From NCBI GenBank assembly GCA_965219445.1, contig CBDCNQ010000005.1:1536001-1600000 (forward strand): a DNA stretch of 64,000 bases. The letters run 5' to 3'. The stretch comes from Longimicrobiales bacterium. Lineage in GTDB: Bacteria; Gemmatimonadota; Gemmatimonadetes; Longimicrobiales; Gaopeijiaceae. Below the pieces are notes generated by a model that made no database searches, was not told where the DNA came from, and saw only the letters and a program-made list of their open reading frames with translations. Of the stretch, positions 31,023-41,142 are shown in pieces (position 1 is the stretch's first letter; each line of letters begins with the position of its first letter). The position numbers were made by a program, and so were the translations under genes.

Positions 31023-32093
31023 ATGAGCGACTCCCCCCCTTTTCTCGCTAGCCTCCTAGACGCTGTCGGCCCCTCCGGATTCGAGATTGGGGCGGCTCGA
31101 CTTTGGCGAGCGGAGGCGGAGGACTTCACGGACTACGTCAAAACGGACGTCAGCGGGAACACACTCGCCACCGTCAATCCGAATGGTCGGCCACGCGTCA
31201 TGCTTGCCGGTCATATCGATGAAATCGGCCTCCAAGTCACGCACGTCGACGAGGAGGGGTTCCTCTACATGGATCGAATTGGAGGATGGGATCCCCAAGT
31301 ACTCGTGGGCCAACGTTTGAGAATATTGGGCTCGGCGGGCGATGTCTGCGGGGTTGTGGGGAAGAAGGCCATTCACCTTCAGAAGGCCGATGAACGCAAG
31401 AAGGTCTCGGAGATCAGTAAACTCTGGGTGGACGTCGGGGTGGCATCGCGGGCGGAGGCGACGGAGCTTGGCCTAGGAGTTGGCGACGCGATGGTTATCG
31501 ACGCGGCGATGGTGAACTTGGCGGGCGACCGAATCGCGAGCCGCGCCATCGATAATCGGATCGGGGCGTATGTCGTGCTCGAGGCCCTGCGGTTGATCTC
31601 CGACACGTCACCGATAGCGTCCGCCGTTGCAGTCGCAACGGTACAGGAGGAGATCGGTGGCGGGGCCGGCGGGGGAGCGCGCACCAGTGCTTTCGATCTG
31701 GAACCGGACGTAGCTCTCGTGGTCGACGTCACTTTCAGTACCGACGTTCCCGATATTGAGAAGAAGGAGTTGGGGGAGCACCGTCTGGGAGGAGGCCCTG
31801 TGTTGAGCCGGGGATCGGCAGTCCACCCTGTGGTTTTCGAGCGCTTGGTGGAGGTAGCGGAGGCGGAAGGAATTCCCCATACGGTTCGAGCTGCGGCGCG
31901 GTCTACGAGTACGGATGCAGACTCGATCTACCTGACTCGATCCGGCGTCCCTACTGGGCTCGTGTCTGTGCCGAATCGATACATGCATTCGCCGAATGAG
32001 ATGGTGAGCCTGTCCGATCTGGAGTTCACGGCTCGTCTGTTGGCTGCTTTCGTGTCGAGTCTCGCCGGAGACACAGACTTCACTCCGCGATGA
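31023..32093 (+). CDS. M42 family metallopeptidase
   Basis: GPSGFE, AGHIDEIG, AIDNR, VQEEIG, VDVT, RYMHSP.E. Confidence 0.9.
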   Translation: MSDSPPFLASLLDAVGPSGFEIGAARLWRAEAEDFTDYVKTDVSGNTLATVNPNGRPRVMLAGHIDEIGLQVTHVDEEGFLYMDRIGGWDPQVLVGQRLRILGSAGDVCGVVGKKAIHLQKADERKKVSEISKLWVDVGVASRAEATELGLGVGDAMVIDAAMVNLAGDRIASRAIDNRIGAYVVLEALRLISDTSPIASAVAVATVQEEIGGGAGGGARTSAFDLEPDVALVVDVTFSTDVPDIEKKELGEHRLGGGPVLSRGSAVHPVVFERLVEVAEAEGIPHTVRAAARSTSTDADSIYLTRSGVPTGLVSVPNRYMHSPNEMVSLSDLEFTARLLAAFVSSLAGDTDFTPR

Positions 32094-32134
32094 CACTAGG
32101 ATAGGCTTGGCTTGGCCCCATTTCCTGAACCGGA

Positions 32135-32614
32135 ATGATTCGAATGCTCGAACCGAACAATGTCTTGAGTGAGTTACACGAGCTGAGGAATAATGGATTT
32201 CTCTCGGATGCACTCCTGCGCCGGGCCGTCAAGGACATCGCCGCGGCCGACGATCGGTTCGACTGGGTAGGCGTCTACCTCGTGAAGCCCGACGAGAACG
32301 TGGTCTGGCTCCACAATTACGTCGGACGACCGACGCCGCACTCCAAGATCCCGGTCGGCGAGGGGGTATGCGGTGCAGCCATTGCGGAGGAGAAGAACTC
32401 GAACGTCCCCGACGTGAGTGCGGTGGACGACTACATCGTGTGCGATCCGAGGGTCAAGTCTGAGATGGTCGTCCTGATACGCGGCCCCGATGACATCTTC
32501 GGGCTGATCGATATCGACAGTAGGACGGCAGAGGCGTTCACAGACGAGGACAGCGCAGCCGTCCAGGTAGTGGCGGATATGCTCGCCGAACAGTTGGCCC
32601 AGGAGCGAAACTGA
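32135..32614 (+). CDS. GAF domain protein (fRMsr/MsrC-like)
   Basis: DWVGVY, IPVGEGVCG, YIVCD...KSEMVV, IDIDS. Confidence 0.75.
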   Translation: MIRMLEPNNVLSELHELRNNGFLSDALLRRAVKDIAAADDRFDWVGVYLVKPDENVVWLHNYVGRPTPHSKIPVGEGVCGAAIAEEKNSNVPDVSAVDDYIVCDPRVKSEMVVLIRGPDDIFGLIDIDSRTAEAFTDEDSAAVQVVADMLAEQLAQERN

Positions 32615-32678
32615 CGGCCCACCCCGTCCACCGACGAAACGAGGCCGCCTAGCGTAGGGTGGGCACTTTCCCCGGGGG

Positions 32679-34109
32679 TTGGAGAACATATTGCCAGAGC
32701 CGCTGACGAAGAAGCTGGGGGATCGCCTTCGAGGCGTTGTGGGAGACGCTTGGGTCATCGCCGACGCGGATCGTCTGCTGGCCTATGAGTCCGACGGGCT
32801 GACCGCCTACCGCAGGACGCCGGGCGCGGTCGTCCTCCCTCAGAACACCGATGAAGTCAGCCGTGTGCTGGGCATCCTCTCACGAGAGGGCGTGCCCGTG
32901 GTCCCGAGAGGCGCGGGAACAGGACTCTCTGGGGGGGCGCTGGCGGATGGTGAAGCGGTCGTCGTTGGCACGGCGCGGATGACCAGCATGCTCGAACTCG
33001 ATCCCGACAACCGACTGGCGCGGGTACAACCGGGGATGGTCAACGCGAATCTCACGACGGCCGCGGAGCCCTTTGGGCTTTACTACGCCCCCGATCCCTC
33101 ATCGCAGAGCGCCTGTACGTTGGGTGGGAACGTAGCAGAGAATTCGGGCGGGCCCCACTGTCTCAAATACGGCGTCACGTCGCGGTATGTGACGGGGCTC
33201 ACGGTCGTGACCTACGATGGGAACGTCGTAGAACTCGGCGGCTTCGGCAGGGAGCCCGGCGGATACGATCTACTGGGGTTGTTCGTCGGTTCCGAGGGAT
33301 GTTTCGGAATCGCTACCGAGATCGAGTTGCGGCTTCTTCCGAAGCCAGAGGGAGTGAGCACGCTCTTGGCGATCTTCGACCGATTGGGTGACGCGGGCAG
33401 TGCCGTGACGGAGATCATGGCTGAGGGTCTGATGCCGGCAGCTCTGGAAATCATCGATGGAGCCACCATTCGTGCGGTTGAGGCGAGCGTTTTCGCGGCG
33501 GGGTACCCGACCGACGCAGAGGCTGCTCTGGTGGTCGAATTCGACGGTGTCGAAGCGGGCCTGGCGGCCGATGCCGAACGGGCGGTGGTCCGGTGCCAGG
33601 AGGCCGGTGCCCGAGAGGTCCGAACGGCGGACTCCGCCGAGGAGAGGCTCGCACTCTGGAGAGGCCGAAAGAAGGCCTTCGGGGCCATGGGTCAGATCGC
33701 CACCGATCTGATGGTGCAGGACGGGACCGTTCCGCGGAGTAGGCTCACCGAGGTTCTCGGACGGATTTCCGAGATCGGCGTGCGCCACGATCTGATGATT
33801 GCCAACGTGTTTCATGCGGGGGACGGAAACCTCCATCCGAACATTCTGTTCGACCGGAGCAATGCTGAGGAGCTCAGCCGGGTCGATCGCGCATCGACGG
33901 AAATCATGGCGGTGTGCGTGGAGGCCGGAGGCACGATTACGGGAGAGCATGGCATCGGCGTGGACAAACGACGCTACATGAGCCTGGTGCATGGTCCGGA
34001 CGAGTTGGACACCATGCGGCGCGTCAAATCCGTCTTCGACCCGCTCGGGCGGATGAACCCCGGCAAGGTCCTTCCCGATCCACCCGACACCGGCGGAGCG
34101 GCCCTTTGA
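32679..34109 (+). CDS. glcD: Glycolate oxidase FAD subunit
   Basis: PRGAGTGLSGG, PDPSS, ENSGGPHCLKYG, GSEG, HAGDGNLHP, GEHGIG. Confidence 0.88.
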   Translation: MENILPEPLTKKLGDRLRGVVGDAWVIADADRLLAYESDGLTAYRRTPGAVVLPQNTDEVSRVLGILSREGVPVVPRGAGTGLSGGALADGEAVVVGTARMTSMLELDPDNRLARVQPGMVNANLTTAAEPFGLYYAPDPSSQSACTLGGNVAENSGGPHCLKYGVTSRYVTGLTVVTYDGNVVELGGFGREPGGYDLLGLFVGSEGCFGIATEIELRLLPKPEGVSTLLAIFDRLGDAGSAVTEIMAEGLMPAALEIIDGATIRAVEASVFAAGYPTDAEAALVVEFDGVEAGLAADAERAVVRCQEAGAREVRTADSAEERLALWRGRKKAFGAMGQIATDLMVQDGTVPRSRLTEVLGRISEIGVRHDLMIANVFHAGDGNLHPNILFDRSNAEELSRVDRASTEIMAVCVEAGGTITGEHGIGVDKRRYMSLVHGPDELDTMRRVKSVFDPLGRMNPGKVLPDPPDTGGAAL

Positions 34110-35425
34110 ATCCATTGGCCGGGCTCCTGTCAAAACGGTTATCCGAGGCGCAGGTGGTCGAGGGCTTCGAAACCGAGCGCTGGGCCGTGTGTGGGCGGGT
34201 TCCGCAGGCCGTCGTTTTTCCAGAAAGCGAAGAGCAAGTGGCCCAGGTCCTCTCGCTGTCCAGTGGGGAAGGCTGGCGGTGCGTTCCGGGTGGACGAGGA
34301 AGTTGGTTGAACGGAGGGCAGCCTCCTCAGAGCGTCGACGTACTCGTGAGCTCCGAGAGAATGAATGAAGTCTCGGCCTACGAGCCTGCCGACCTATACA
34401 TCGAGGCCCAGGCGGGAGCCGACTTGGACACACTGGCGCGCCGTACGACCGAGTGCCGGCAGTGGCTTGCACTCGATCCACCGGGTGGAGGCCGGGGTAC
34501 GCTCGGAGCCATGTTGGCGGTGGGGACCGCCGGACCGCTCCAGGCAGGCTACGGATCCCCCCGGGATCAGGTGTTGGGGGCCACGCTGGTAACCGGGGAC
34601 GGGCGAGTGCTCGGCCTCGGCGGAAGGGTGGTAAAGAACGTCGCGGGCTTCGATCTGCTCAAGCTGATCACGGGCAGCTGGGGTACATTGGGGATGATCA
34701 CGAGCGCGACCATGCGGCTGCACCCAGTCCCGGCGATGGATCGATCGCTTCTGTTCAAGGGTGACGATGTGGGGGACGTCGCCGCGCTGGCGTCCCACCT
34801 TGCCCAAACGCCGCTCTCGCTCGCGGCGGTCGAGCTGTTGGTGCCCGGGGATGGGGAGTCGGGAGGAGCTGCAGGTGCGTCGAGCCCGTTGGTCGCCGTC
34901 CGGATCTTGGAGTCGGTGGACGCGGCGGACGAGACCGAGCGTGTCGTGTCTGAGCGTGCGGGCATGCCGCCTTTTCAGCGGCTGGACGGAGAGAAATCTG
35001 CGGCGATTTTCGACAATGTGAGGGCCATGGAGGATGGTGCTGAACTCGTATTGCGTCTGAGCCTTCTTCCGACCCGGCTTCCGGAGTTGGTCGAGATGAC
35101 TTCTCGACTGAGCAGTCTATTCGATTCGAAGGCGGGCTGGGGGATGCGACTGGCGGCCCACGCCCATACCGGTGTGCTCAGGGTGATGATCGCGAGGGTG
35201 AGCCGGTCGGACGGATGGGCCGAGCGGGCCACGGCTGCTCTGGTGGACCTGCGGAGCTCCCTCGAGCCCGAGGGTGGAAGCCTGGTGATCTCTCAGGGTC
35301 CGCCGGAAGTCGTGGGTGCCATGGGTGCATGGGGTGAGTCGGGTGCGACGGCTCTGTTCACAGCGGGGATCCAGGCGGCGTTCGATCCCGCTTCGACTCT
35401 CTCACGGGGACGATCGCCGCAGTGA
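34106..35425 (+). CDS. glcE: Glycolate oxidase FAD-binding subunit
   Basis: YEPADL, LALDPP, GGRVVKNVAGFDL.KL.TGSWGTLG; lies between glcD and glcF with overlapping ends. Confidence 0.85.
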   Translation: MNPLAGLLSKRLSEAQVVEGFETERWAVCGRVPQAVVFPESEEQVAQVLSLSSGEGWRCVPGGRGSWLNGGQPPQSVDVLVSSERMNEVSAYEPADLYIEAQAGADLDTLARRTTECRQWLALDPPGGGRGTLGAMLAVGTAGPLQAGYGSPRDQVLGATLVTGDGRVLGLGGRVVKNVAGFDLLKLITGSWGTLGMITSATMRLHPVPAMDRSLLFKGDDVGDVAALASHLAQTPLSLAAVELLVPGDGESGGAAGASSPLVAVRILESVDAADETERVVSERAGMPPFQRLDGEKSAAIFDNVRAMEDGAELVLRLSLLPTRLPELVEMTSRLSSLFDSKAGWGMRLAAHAHTGVLRVMIARVSRSDGWAERATAALVDLRSSLEPEGGSLVISQGPPEVVGAMGAWGESGATALFTAGIQAAFDPASTLSRGRSPQ

Positions 35426-36774
35426 AACGGCGCCCTGAAACTGCCCTGGCTGCCGCGCTCTGGGCGCAGGAAGACCGGCTTATGCCGTGTGTGCACTGCG
35501 GCTTCTGCTTACCGGCGTGCCCCACTTATGTCCGCTTGGGAGACGAAAACGACTCCCCCCGCGGCCGGCTCCACCTCATGCGTGCCGTGGTCGAGGGCCG
35601 GCTGAGTCCGGAGTCCGGAGCGTTTCAGACACATATCGACCGGTGCTTGGGATGCCGCGCATGTGAGCCCGTGTGTCCTTCCAGCGTTGCGTACGGCGTC
35701 CTGCTCGAGGCCGCCCGGGAATCCGTCTACCGGGCTCGAAAAACGCCCTTTGCCGTCCGGATGCTCCTAGCGGTCTTTTCGAGCCGTGGATGGACGCATT
35801 GGAGCATGCGTCTGGCGAGGGTTCTGCGAGGACTGGGCTTCGCCGGAATGACCGCGAAATGGATTCCAGCGACCCGCTTTCTCCACCCGATCCGCTTTGG
35901 CCTCGCGATGCTCGGAGCGAGCCGGGAACCACGGCTCCCCCTCGTCCCGCCCTCAGGTGCGGGAGCCCCGAGCATATCGGGGGTCGCGCCATCGGACGAC
36001 GCCCCACTTCCGGGGGTGGGTGATCGGGGACGGGTGGCCATCCTTCGGGGCTGCGTCCAGGAGGGTCTGTTCGCGAGGGTGAACGACGCCACAGAGAGGG
36101 TCCTTCGGGCCAACGGCTACGAGGTGATCGAAGTAAGCGGACAGGGCTGTTGTGGTGCCCTGCACACCCACGCGGGGGATGCGGTAGGGGCTCGGGCGCT
36201 GGCGCGTGCAAACGTTCAGGCTCTGGCATCGGCGGAGATCGACTTCGTTGCGGTGAACGCGGCCGGTTGTGGCGCTGCACTCAAGGAGTACGGTCATCTT
36301 CTCGTGGCCGACGCGGTTTACCGCGAATCGGCCGCAGCCCTAGCGGCTTCGACTCGTGATGTCTCGGAGCTCCTAGCCGGGGACACCCTACGGGTGGGTG
36401 CACCGGTGCAGGCTCGGGTCACGTACGATGCTGCCTGCCATCTATGCCACGCACAGGGTGTGCGGCAGGAGCCCCATGCTGTGCTCGGGGCGATTCCGGA
36501 GCTCGTCGTCCTGCCACTTCGGGACGAGGAGGAGTGTTGCGGTGGGGCCGGTATCTATGGGATCACCCATGCCGAGCTGGGAGCGGACATCGGTGCCGAC
36601 AAGGTGTCCGCGGTTGTGGCCACAGGGGCTGAGATCGTCGCGACCGGAAATCCCGGCTGCATGATGCAGATCGGCGCTGGGCTCCTGTTGGAGGGATCGG
36701 ACATCATAGCGCGTCACCCCGTGGAGCTGTTGGACGAGAGTTATCGGAGGGCCGGCCTCTATGACGGACCTTGA
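35422..36774 (+). CDS. glcF: Glycolate oxidase Fe-S subunit
   Basis: CVHCGFCLPACPTY, CLGCRACEPVCPS, two CCG domains. Confidence 0.9.
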   Translation: MKRRPETALAAALWAQEDRLMPCVHCGFCLPACPTYVRLGDENDSPRGRLHLMRAVVEGRLSPESGAFQTHIDRCLGCRACEPVCPSSVAYGVLLEAARESVYRARKTPFAVRMLLAVFSSRGWTHWSMRLARVLRGLGFAGMTAKWIPATRFLHPIRFGLAMLGASREPRLPLVPPSGAGAPSISGVAPSDDAPLPGVGDRGRVAILRGCVQEGLFARVNDATERVLRANGYEVIEVSGQGCCGALHTHAGDAVGARALARANVQALASAEIDFVAVNAAGCGAALKEYGHLLVADAVYRESAAALAASTRDVSELLAGDTLRVGAPVQARVTYDAACHLCHAQGVRQEPHAVLGAIPELVVLPLRDEEECCGGAGIYGITHAELGADIGADKVSAVVATGAEIVATGNPGCMMQIGAGLLLEGSDIIARHPVELLDESYRRAGLYDGP

Positions 36775-37951
36775 GGTCGCGGGCCTCGGGAACTTCCTTG
36801 CCGAGCGGAGAGAGGACATCATCTCGCTGCTCATGGGATTGGCCAATCTGGAGTCCCCCTCCTCGGTGCCCGAGTCCCAACAAGCCATTCAGGAGCTTCT
36901 GACTCGGCGGCTCGAGGCCATCGGCTTCGTAGGCCAGCTCTTCCCCGGCGAGAAGACGGGCGGGCACCTCTACCTGTCGCCGCAAGAAACACCCACCGAG
37001 GTGGGTCATGCGGCCGAGGGAGCGCCGGTCCAACTTCTGCTCGGGCACACGGACACGGTTTGGCCGATCGGTACCGTGTACGACATGCCCGTGGAGTGGG
37101 AAGAGGGGAAGGACCTCATCCGGGGTCCAGGAGTCTTCGACATGAAGGCAGGCATCGTCCAGATGGTGTTCGCCCTCGAGGCCCTCTCCGAACTCGGGCT
37201 CGAGCCGAGCGTTGTTCCCACGATCTTTCTGAACTCCGACGAGGAGATCGGCAGCCCCGAATCACAAGGTCATATCGAGCGACTGGCCCAGACCTCGAAT
37301 AGGGTTCTCGTGCTGGAGCCGGCCCTCGGTGACGAGGGTCTGATCAAGACGACCCGACGGGGCGTGGCGCGCTTCGAGATTCGGGTCGTTGGCCGAGCCT
37401 CGCATTCTGGTCTGGCACGCGAGGAGGGGGCGAGTGCGATCCAGGAGATGGCCCTCGTCATCCAGGCCCTTCATACGTTAACCGACCCGGAGCGAGGCAT
37501 CGCGGTCAACGTGGGAACGGTTTCGGGCGGCACGGGCGTAAACGTCGTTGCCGCCGAGTGCCGTGCCAGCGTGGACGTGAGAGTAGCCACGCTCGCCGAC
37601 GGTCGGTGGATCAAGGATCTCATTCTTGGTCTGGAGGCGACCACGCCAGGTACTCGGTTGGAGATCGATGTGCCGCTCGACCGCGGTCCAATGGAGGCCA
37701 CACCTCGAAACCGGATTCTGTGGGAAGCCGTTCAGGGGTGCGGTAGGCGCCTGGGGCTCGAATTGGAGGATGCCGAGTCCGGTGGCGCGTCGGATGGAAA
37801 TACGACGAGTCTCTTTACGGCGACGGTGGATGGATTGGGCGCCGTGGGGCATGGTGCCCACGCCCATCACGAGCACGTTCGTGTGAGCGAGCTTCTGGAA
37901 AGAACGACACTTTTAGCCCTCATTCTCATGATGCCCGCACTCGAGGGGTGA
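36761..37951 (+). CDS. M20 family metallopeptidase (carboxypeptidase G2-like; candidate desuccinylase)
   Basis: GHTDTV, GPGVFDMKAG, SDEEIGS, VLEP, GGASDGN, GAHA..E. Confidence 0.88.
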   Translation: MTDLEVAGLGNFLAERREDIISLLMGLANLESPSSVPESQQAIQELLTRRLEAIGFVGQLFPGEKTGGHLYLSPQETPTEVGHAAEGAPVQLLLGHTDTVWPIGTVYDMPVEWEEGKDLIRGPGVFDMKAGIVQMVFALEALSELGLEPSVVPTIFLNSDEEIGSPESQGHIERLAQTSNRVLVLEPALGDEGLIKTTRRGVARFEIRVVGRASHSGLAREEGASAIQEMALVIQALHTLTDPERGIAVNVGTVSGGTGVNVVAAECRASVDVRVATLADGRWIKDLILGLEATTPGTRLEIDVPLDRGPMEATPRNRILWEAVQGCGRRLGLELEDAESGGASDGNTTSLFTATVDGLGAVGHGAHAHHEHVRVSELLERTTLLALILMMPALEG

Positions 37952-37986
37952 GGGGGTGACTCGTTCTTGCGGCTCAGGGCGAGCCA

Positions 37987-38841
37987 CTAGGAAGGGATCC
38001 GCTCACGGTACCGGTCCATGAAGCCCACGAGCGCTTCTAAGAACTCCGGGCGGCAGGACTCAAGAAACGCCATGTGGTCCCCACCCGGCACCTCGAGTGA
38101 TTCCCGGTCGGCCGTTCCTAGAGCCTGAAACAGCGAGGCACGCTGCTCAGGCGTCGCGATGGGATCGAACTCGGCGTGAAGAAGGAGGGTGGGCACTCGC
38201 ACCTGCGTAGGATCAAGCTCGTCCCACTCGCTCGCCCCGCGCCAATCCACGCGCACGGGGTCCGCGTCCATCGCCGCCTTCACATATGCGTCCACGGCGA
38301 CCTGGCTGATTGAGCCTGGCGTGATGAAATCGCTCGCGGCGACGGCGGCACCGTTTGGGGCCGCGGCGGGCGGAGTATCCCCTTCGCCATCCGCCAGAGG
38401 AGCTCCAGCGAACGTCGAGGAGTAGCCGAAGAAGACAAGGGACGAAACCAACTCCGGCCAGCGTTGGACCGTGAGCTGAGCCACCTTCGAGCCCCGGGAC
38501 CAACCGAGAAGCGTGGGTCTCGGGAGGCCCTCGGTGAGGAGTCCCACATATTCCAGCACCGCTTCCAGGTCTCTTGCGGCGCGATCGGGGTTCAACCATC
38601 CGGTCTCGTCTCGGGGTGTTTCGCCGTAGCCTCTGAAATCAGGAGCGAACACCGCGTACCCCGCCTCGACCAGCCCGTCCATCAGCGACAGGTCCTCACC
38701 TGGCACCTGCAGATCGAAGTTGGGACGCGCGCTCCAGGTGCGGCCGTGCAGTAGGACGATCGCCCCCCGGGCGTGAGACGGGCTCTTCTCCCAAACGGCG
38801 ATGGGGTGCCCATCAGCGTCGACGTTATGCCTTTTAATCAT
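37987..38841 (-). CDS. Alpha/beta hydrolase
   Basis: VLLHG, DFRGYG, GWSRG nucleophile elbow, EFDP, GDHM. Start uncertain. Confidence 0.8.
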   Translation of the reverse strand: MIKRHNVDADGHPIAVWEKSPSHARGAIVLLHGRTWSARPNFDLQVPGEDLSLMDGLVEAGYAVFAPDFRGYGETPRDETGWLNPDRAARDLEAVLEYVGLLTEGLPRPTLLGWSRGSKVAQLTVQRWPELVSSLVFFGYSSTFAGAPLADGEGDTPPAAAPNGAAVAASDFITPGSISQVAVDAYVKAAMDADPVRVDWRGASEWDELDPTQVRVPTLLLHAEFDPIATPEQRASLFQALGTADRESLEVPGGDHMAFLESCRPEFLEALVGFMDRYRERIPS

Positions 38842-38993
38842 CTTTCCGGTGGTAGCGGTGATGTTGCGATTCCGAGGCAAGCTGGTCTCAAGCCGCGGAG
38901 TGCCGCAAGTTTCGATGCCGATTCCGACGCCGGAGGCCACATGGTGGATGTCCAGCGCCGACCGGCCGCTGATGCCCTTCCAGGAGTACCCTC

Positions 38994-39824
38994 GTGGGTT
39001 CCCATTTCACGATCCGCCCGTTCGTCTCCATTGAGGAGTTCAAGGAGTGCGTCGGCTTTCAAGAGGAGACGTGGGGTGAAGGCTTCTCCGATCGTGTGGC
39101 GGTAGCGATCCTCAAGGTGAGCCAGCGGCTCGGCGGGATCGCGGCCGGCGCCTATGACGCCGAGGGTCGTCTGGCAGGGTTCGTGTTCGGCATGACAGGG
39201 GTACAAGAGGGACGGGTCGTCCATTGGTCCGACATGCTCGCGGTACGTCCAGAGTTCCAGGACGCGGGGCTCGGGACCCGCCTCAAGGCCTACCAGCGGG
39301 AGGAACTCCTTTCCAGGGGCGTTACACGCATGCACTGGACGTTCGATCCCCTCGAGGCCAAGAACGCACATCTCAATCTCAACAAGCTCGGGGCCGTGGC
39401 AGGCGAGTATGTCCAGGACATGTACGGCCGGACCCGCTCCCCGCTCCACCGGGGCATCGGGACCGACCGACTCGTCCCGACTTGGGCCATGGACTCTCCG
39501 CGAGTGAACGACCGGCTCGTGGAGGGGCGATCCGGCCCCGACCCCGGTGCCGACCAGGGTGCAAAGCGGACGTTCGCGGTCCAGCGAGAGGGGGATTTGG
39601 ACCTCCCGGGAGAGCCGGATCTGGCCATCGATGCTGATCGGCTGCTGGTTCCGATTCCAGACTCGATCCAGGCGCTCAAGGACGCCTCGCTCGAGGCTGC
39701 GGTGCGTTGGCGAACCGTCACGCGCTCGGTCCTGCCGACGTACCTGGAGCGAGGCTTCGAGGCGCGCGAGTTTTACAAGCGGGACGGGTGGGGTGAGTAC
39801 CTACTCGTTTCCGAGCGATCCTAA
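38994..39824 (+). CDS. GNAT family acyltransferase (candidate D-amino acid N-succinyltransferase)
   Basis: HWSDMLAV, GLGTRLKAYQR, WTFDPL...NAHLN..KLG, TDRL; directly upstream of OSBS/NSAR. Confidence 0.8.
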   Translation: MGSHFTIRPFVSIEEFKECVGFQEETWGEGFSDRVAVAILKVSQRLGGIAAGAYDAEGRLAGFVFGMTGVQEGRVVHWSDMLAVRPEFQDAGLGTRLKAYQREELLSRGVTRMHWTFDPLEAKNAHLNLNKLGAVAGEYVQDMYGRTRSPLHRGIGTDRLVPTWAMDSPRVNDRLVEGRSGPDPGADQGAKRTFAVQREGDLDLPGEPDLAIDADRLLVPIPDSIQALKDASLEAAVRWRTVTRSVLPTYLERGFEAREFYKRDGWGEYLLVSERS

Positions 39825-39876
39825 GTCGCCACCGGAGCTGCCGAATCGCAGCCGGCTCTCCCGGGGAGAGGATCAC

Positions 39877-40977
39877 GTGAAGATCGACCGTGTCGAAATA
39901 CGCGAAATCCGAATGCAGCTCCGGGAGCCATTCGAGATCTCGAGCGGCGTGTCCCACGACCGGCGCGTGCTCCTCGTGACGCTGCACTCCGGAGGGATCA
40001 CGGCCTGGGGAGAATGCGTGGCCAGCGAGACACCCGCCTATTCGTACGAGACCACCGAAACGGCATGGTCGATCCTTACGGACCTGATCCTCCCGAGGGT
40101 ATCGGGCTCAGTGATGGACTCGTCCGCTGATCTTCTCAACGTTTTTGAGGGCATTCGTGGCCACCCCATGGCCAAAGCGGCGGTGGAGATGGCCGCATGG
40201 GACCTAGAGGCGAAAGCGGGTGGCGGATCGTTGGCTTCACTGGTCGGGGGTGTGCGTAACTCCGTTCCGGTGGGCGTCAGCATCGGGCTTCAGCGGACCG
40301 ATGATGAGTTGCACCGCAAGGTTGCCGACTACATCGAGGAGGGGTATGCGCGCATCAAAATCAAGATCAAACCGGGGCGGGACGTCGGGATGCTTCGAGG
40401 GCTACGAGAACGGTTTCCGGACGTTTCACTCATGGCGGATGCCAACTCGGCTTATTCGCTCGAGGATCTGCCCCTCCTGAGGGAATTGGACGAGCTCGAT
40501 CTCATGATGGTCGAGCAACCGCTCGCACATGACGACTACCTCGATCACGCCCGCCTCCAGGGTGAAATGGAGACTCCCATCTGTCTGGACGAGTCCATAC
40601 GATCGGTCCGGGACGCCGCCCTGGCCCTCGAGCTCGGGGCCTGCCGGATCATCAACATCAAGCCGGGCCGCGTGGGCGGCCTCTCCGCCGCGAAGGCCAT
40701 CCACGACCTGTGCGTCGACCACGAGTTAGCTGTCTGGTGCGGGGGGATGCTTGAGTCGGGAGTCGGACGAGCCCACAACGTCGCCTTAGCCTCCCTCCCC
40801 GGATTCACACTCCCCGGGGATATTTCCGCTAGCAAACGCTATTGGAGCGAGGACATCGTGACGCCGGAGTTCGTGCTGGACGGGGGCGCGCTTATCGTCC
40901 CGTCCGGACCCGGTATTGGCGTGGAGGTGAGGGAGGATCTTGTCGACACATGGGCCGTGAGACAGGCCGACTTCTAG
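39877..40977 (+). CDS. menC: o-succinylbenzoate synthase / N-succinylamino acid racemase (NSAR/OSBS subfamily)
   Basis: KIKIK, DANSAY, EQPL, LDES, NIKPGRVGG, WCGGMLESG.GRA.N, PGDISAS; GTG start. Confidence 0.88.
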   Translation: MKIDRVEIREIRMQLREPFEISSGVSHDRRVLLVTLHSGGITAWGECVASETPAYSYETTETAWSILTDLILPRVSGSVMDSSADLLNVFEGIRGHPMAKAAVEMAAWDLEAKAGGGSLASLVGGVRNSVPVGVSIGLQRTDDELHRKVADYIEEGYARIKIKIKPGRDVGMLRGLRERFPDVSLMADANSAYSLEDLPLLRELDELDLMMVEQPLAHDDYLDHARLQGEMETPICLDESIRSVRDAALALELGACRIINIKPGRVGGLSAAKAIHDLCVDHELAVWCGGMLESGVGRAHNVALASLPGFTLPGDISASKRYWSEDIVTPEFVLDGGALIVPSGPGIGVEVREDLVDTWAVRQADF

Positions 40978-41142
40978 GGGGATCGTGTAGCGGGATCCTG
41001 GGCTTTCTGGGCGGGCATCCCCCGGTATGACGGTCGTCTGCGCCGAGACGTCCTCCACTAAATCGTTGAATCTTTCGCGGACGTGTCGAGGATTAGATAA
41101 GAGACCTGGTGGGAGACCTCGAACAAGAAAAAGGAGCGAGTC

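Noticed and set aside
33270..34481. Long antisense or alternate-frame ORFs (also 44217-45248, 57998-59203, 60934-61863, 42847-43767)
   Set aside because: They shadow well-supported genes, lack family motifs and are expected in high-GC DNA.
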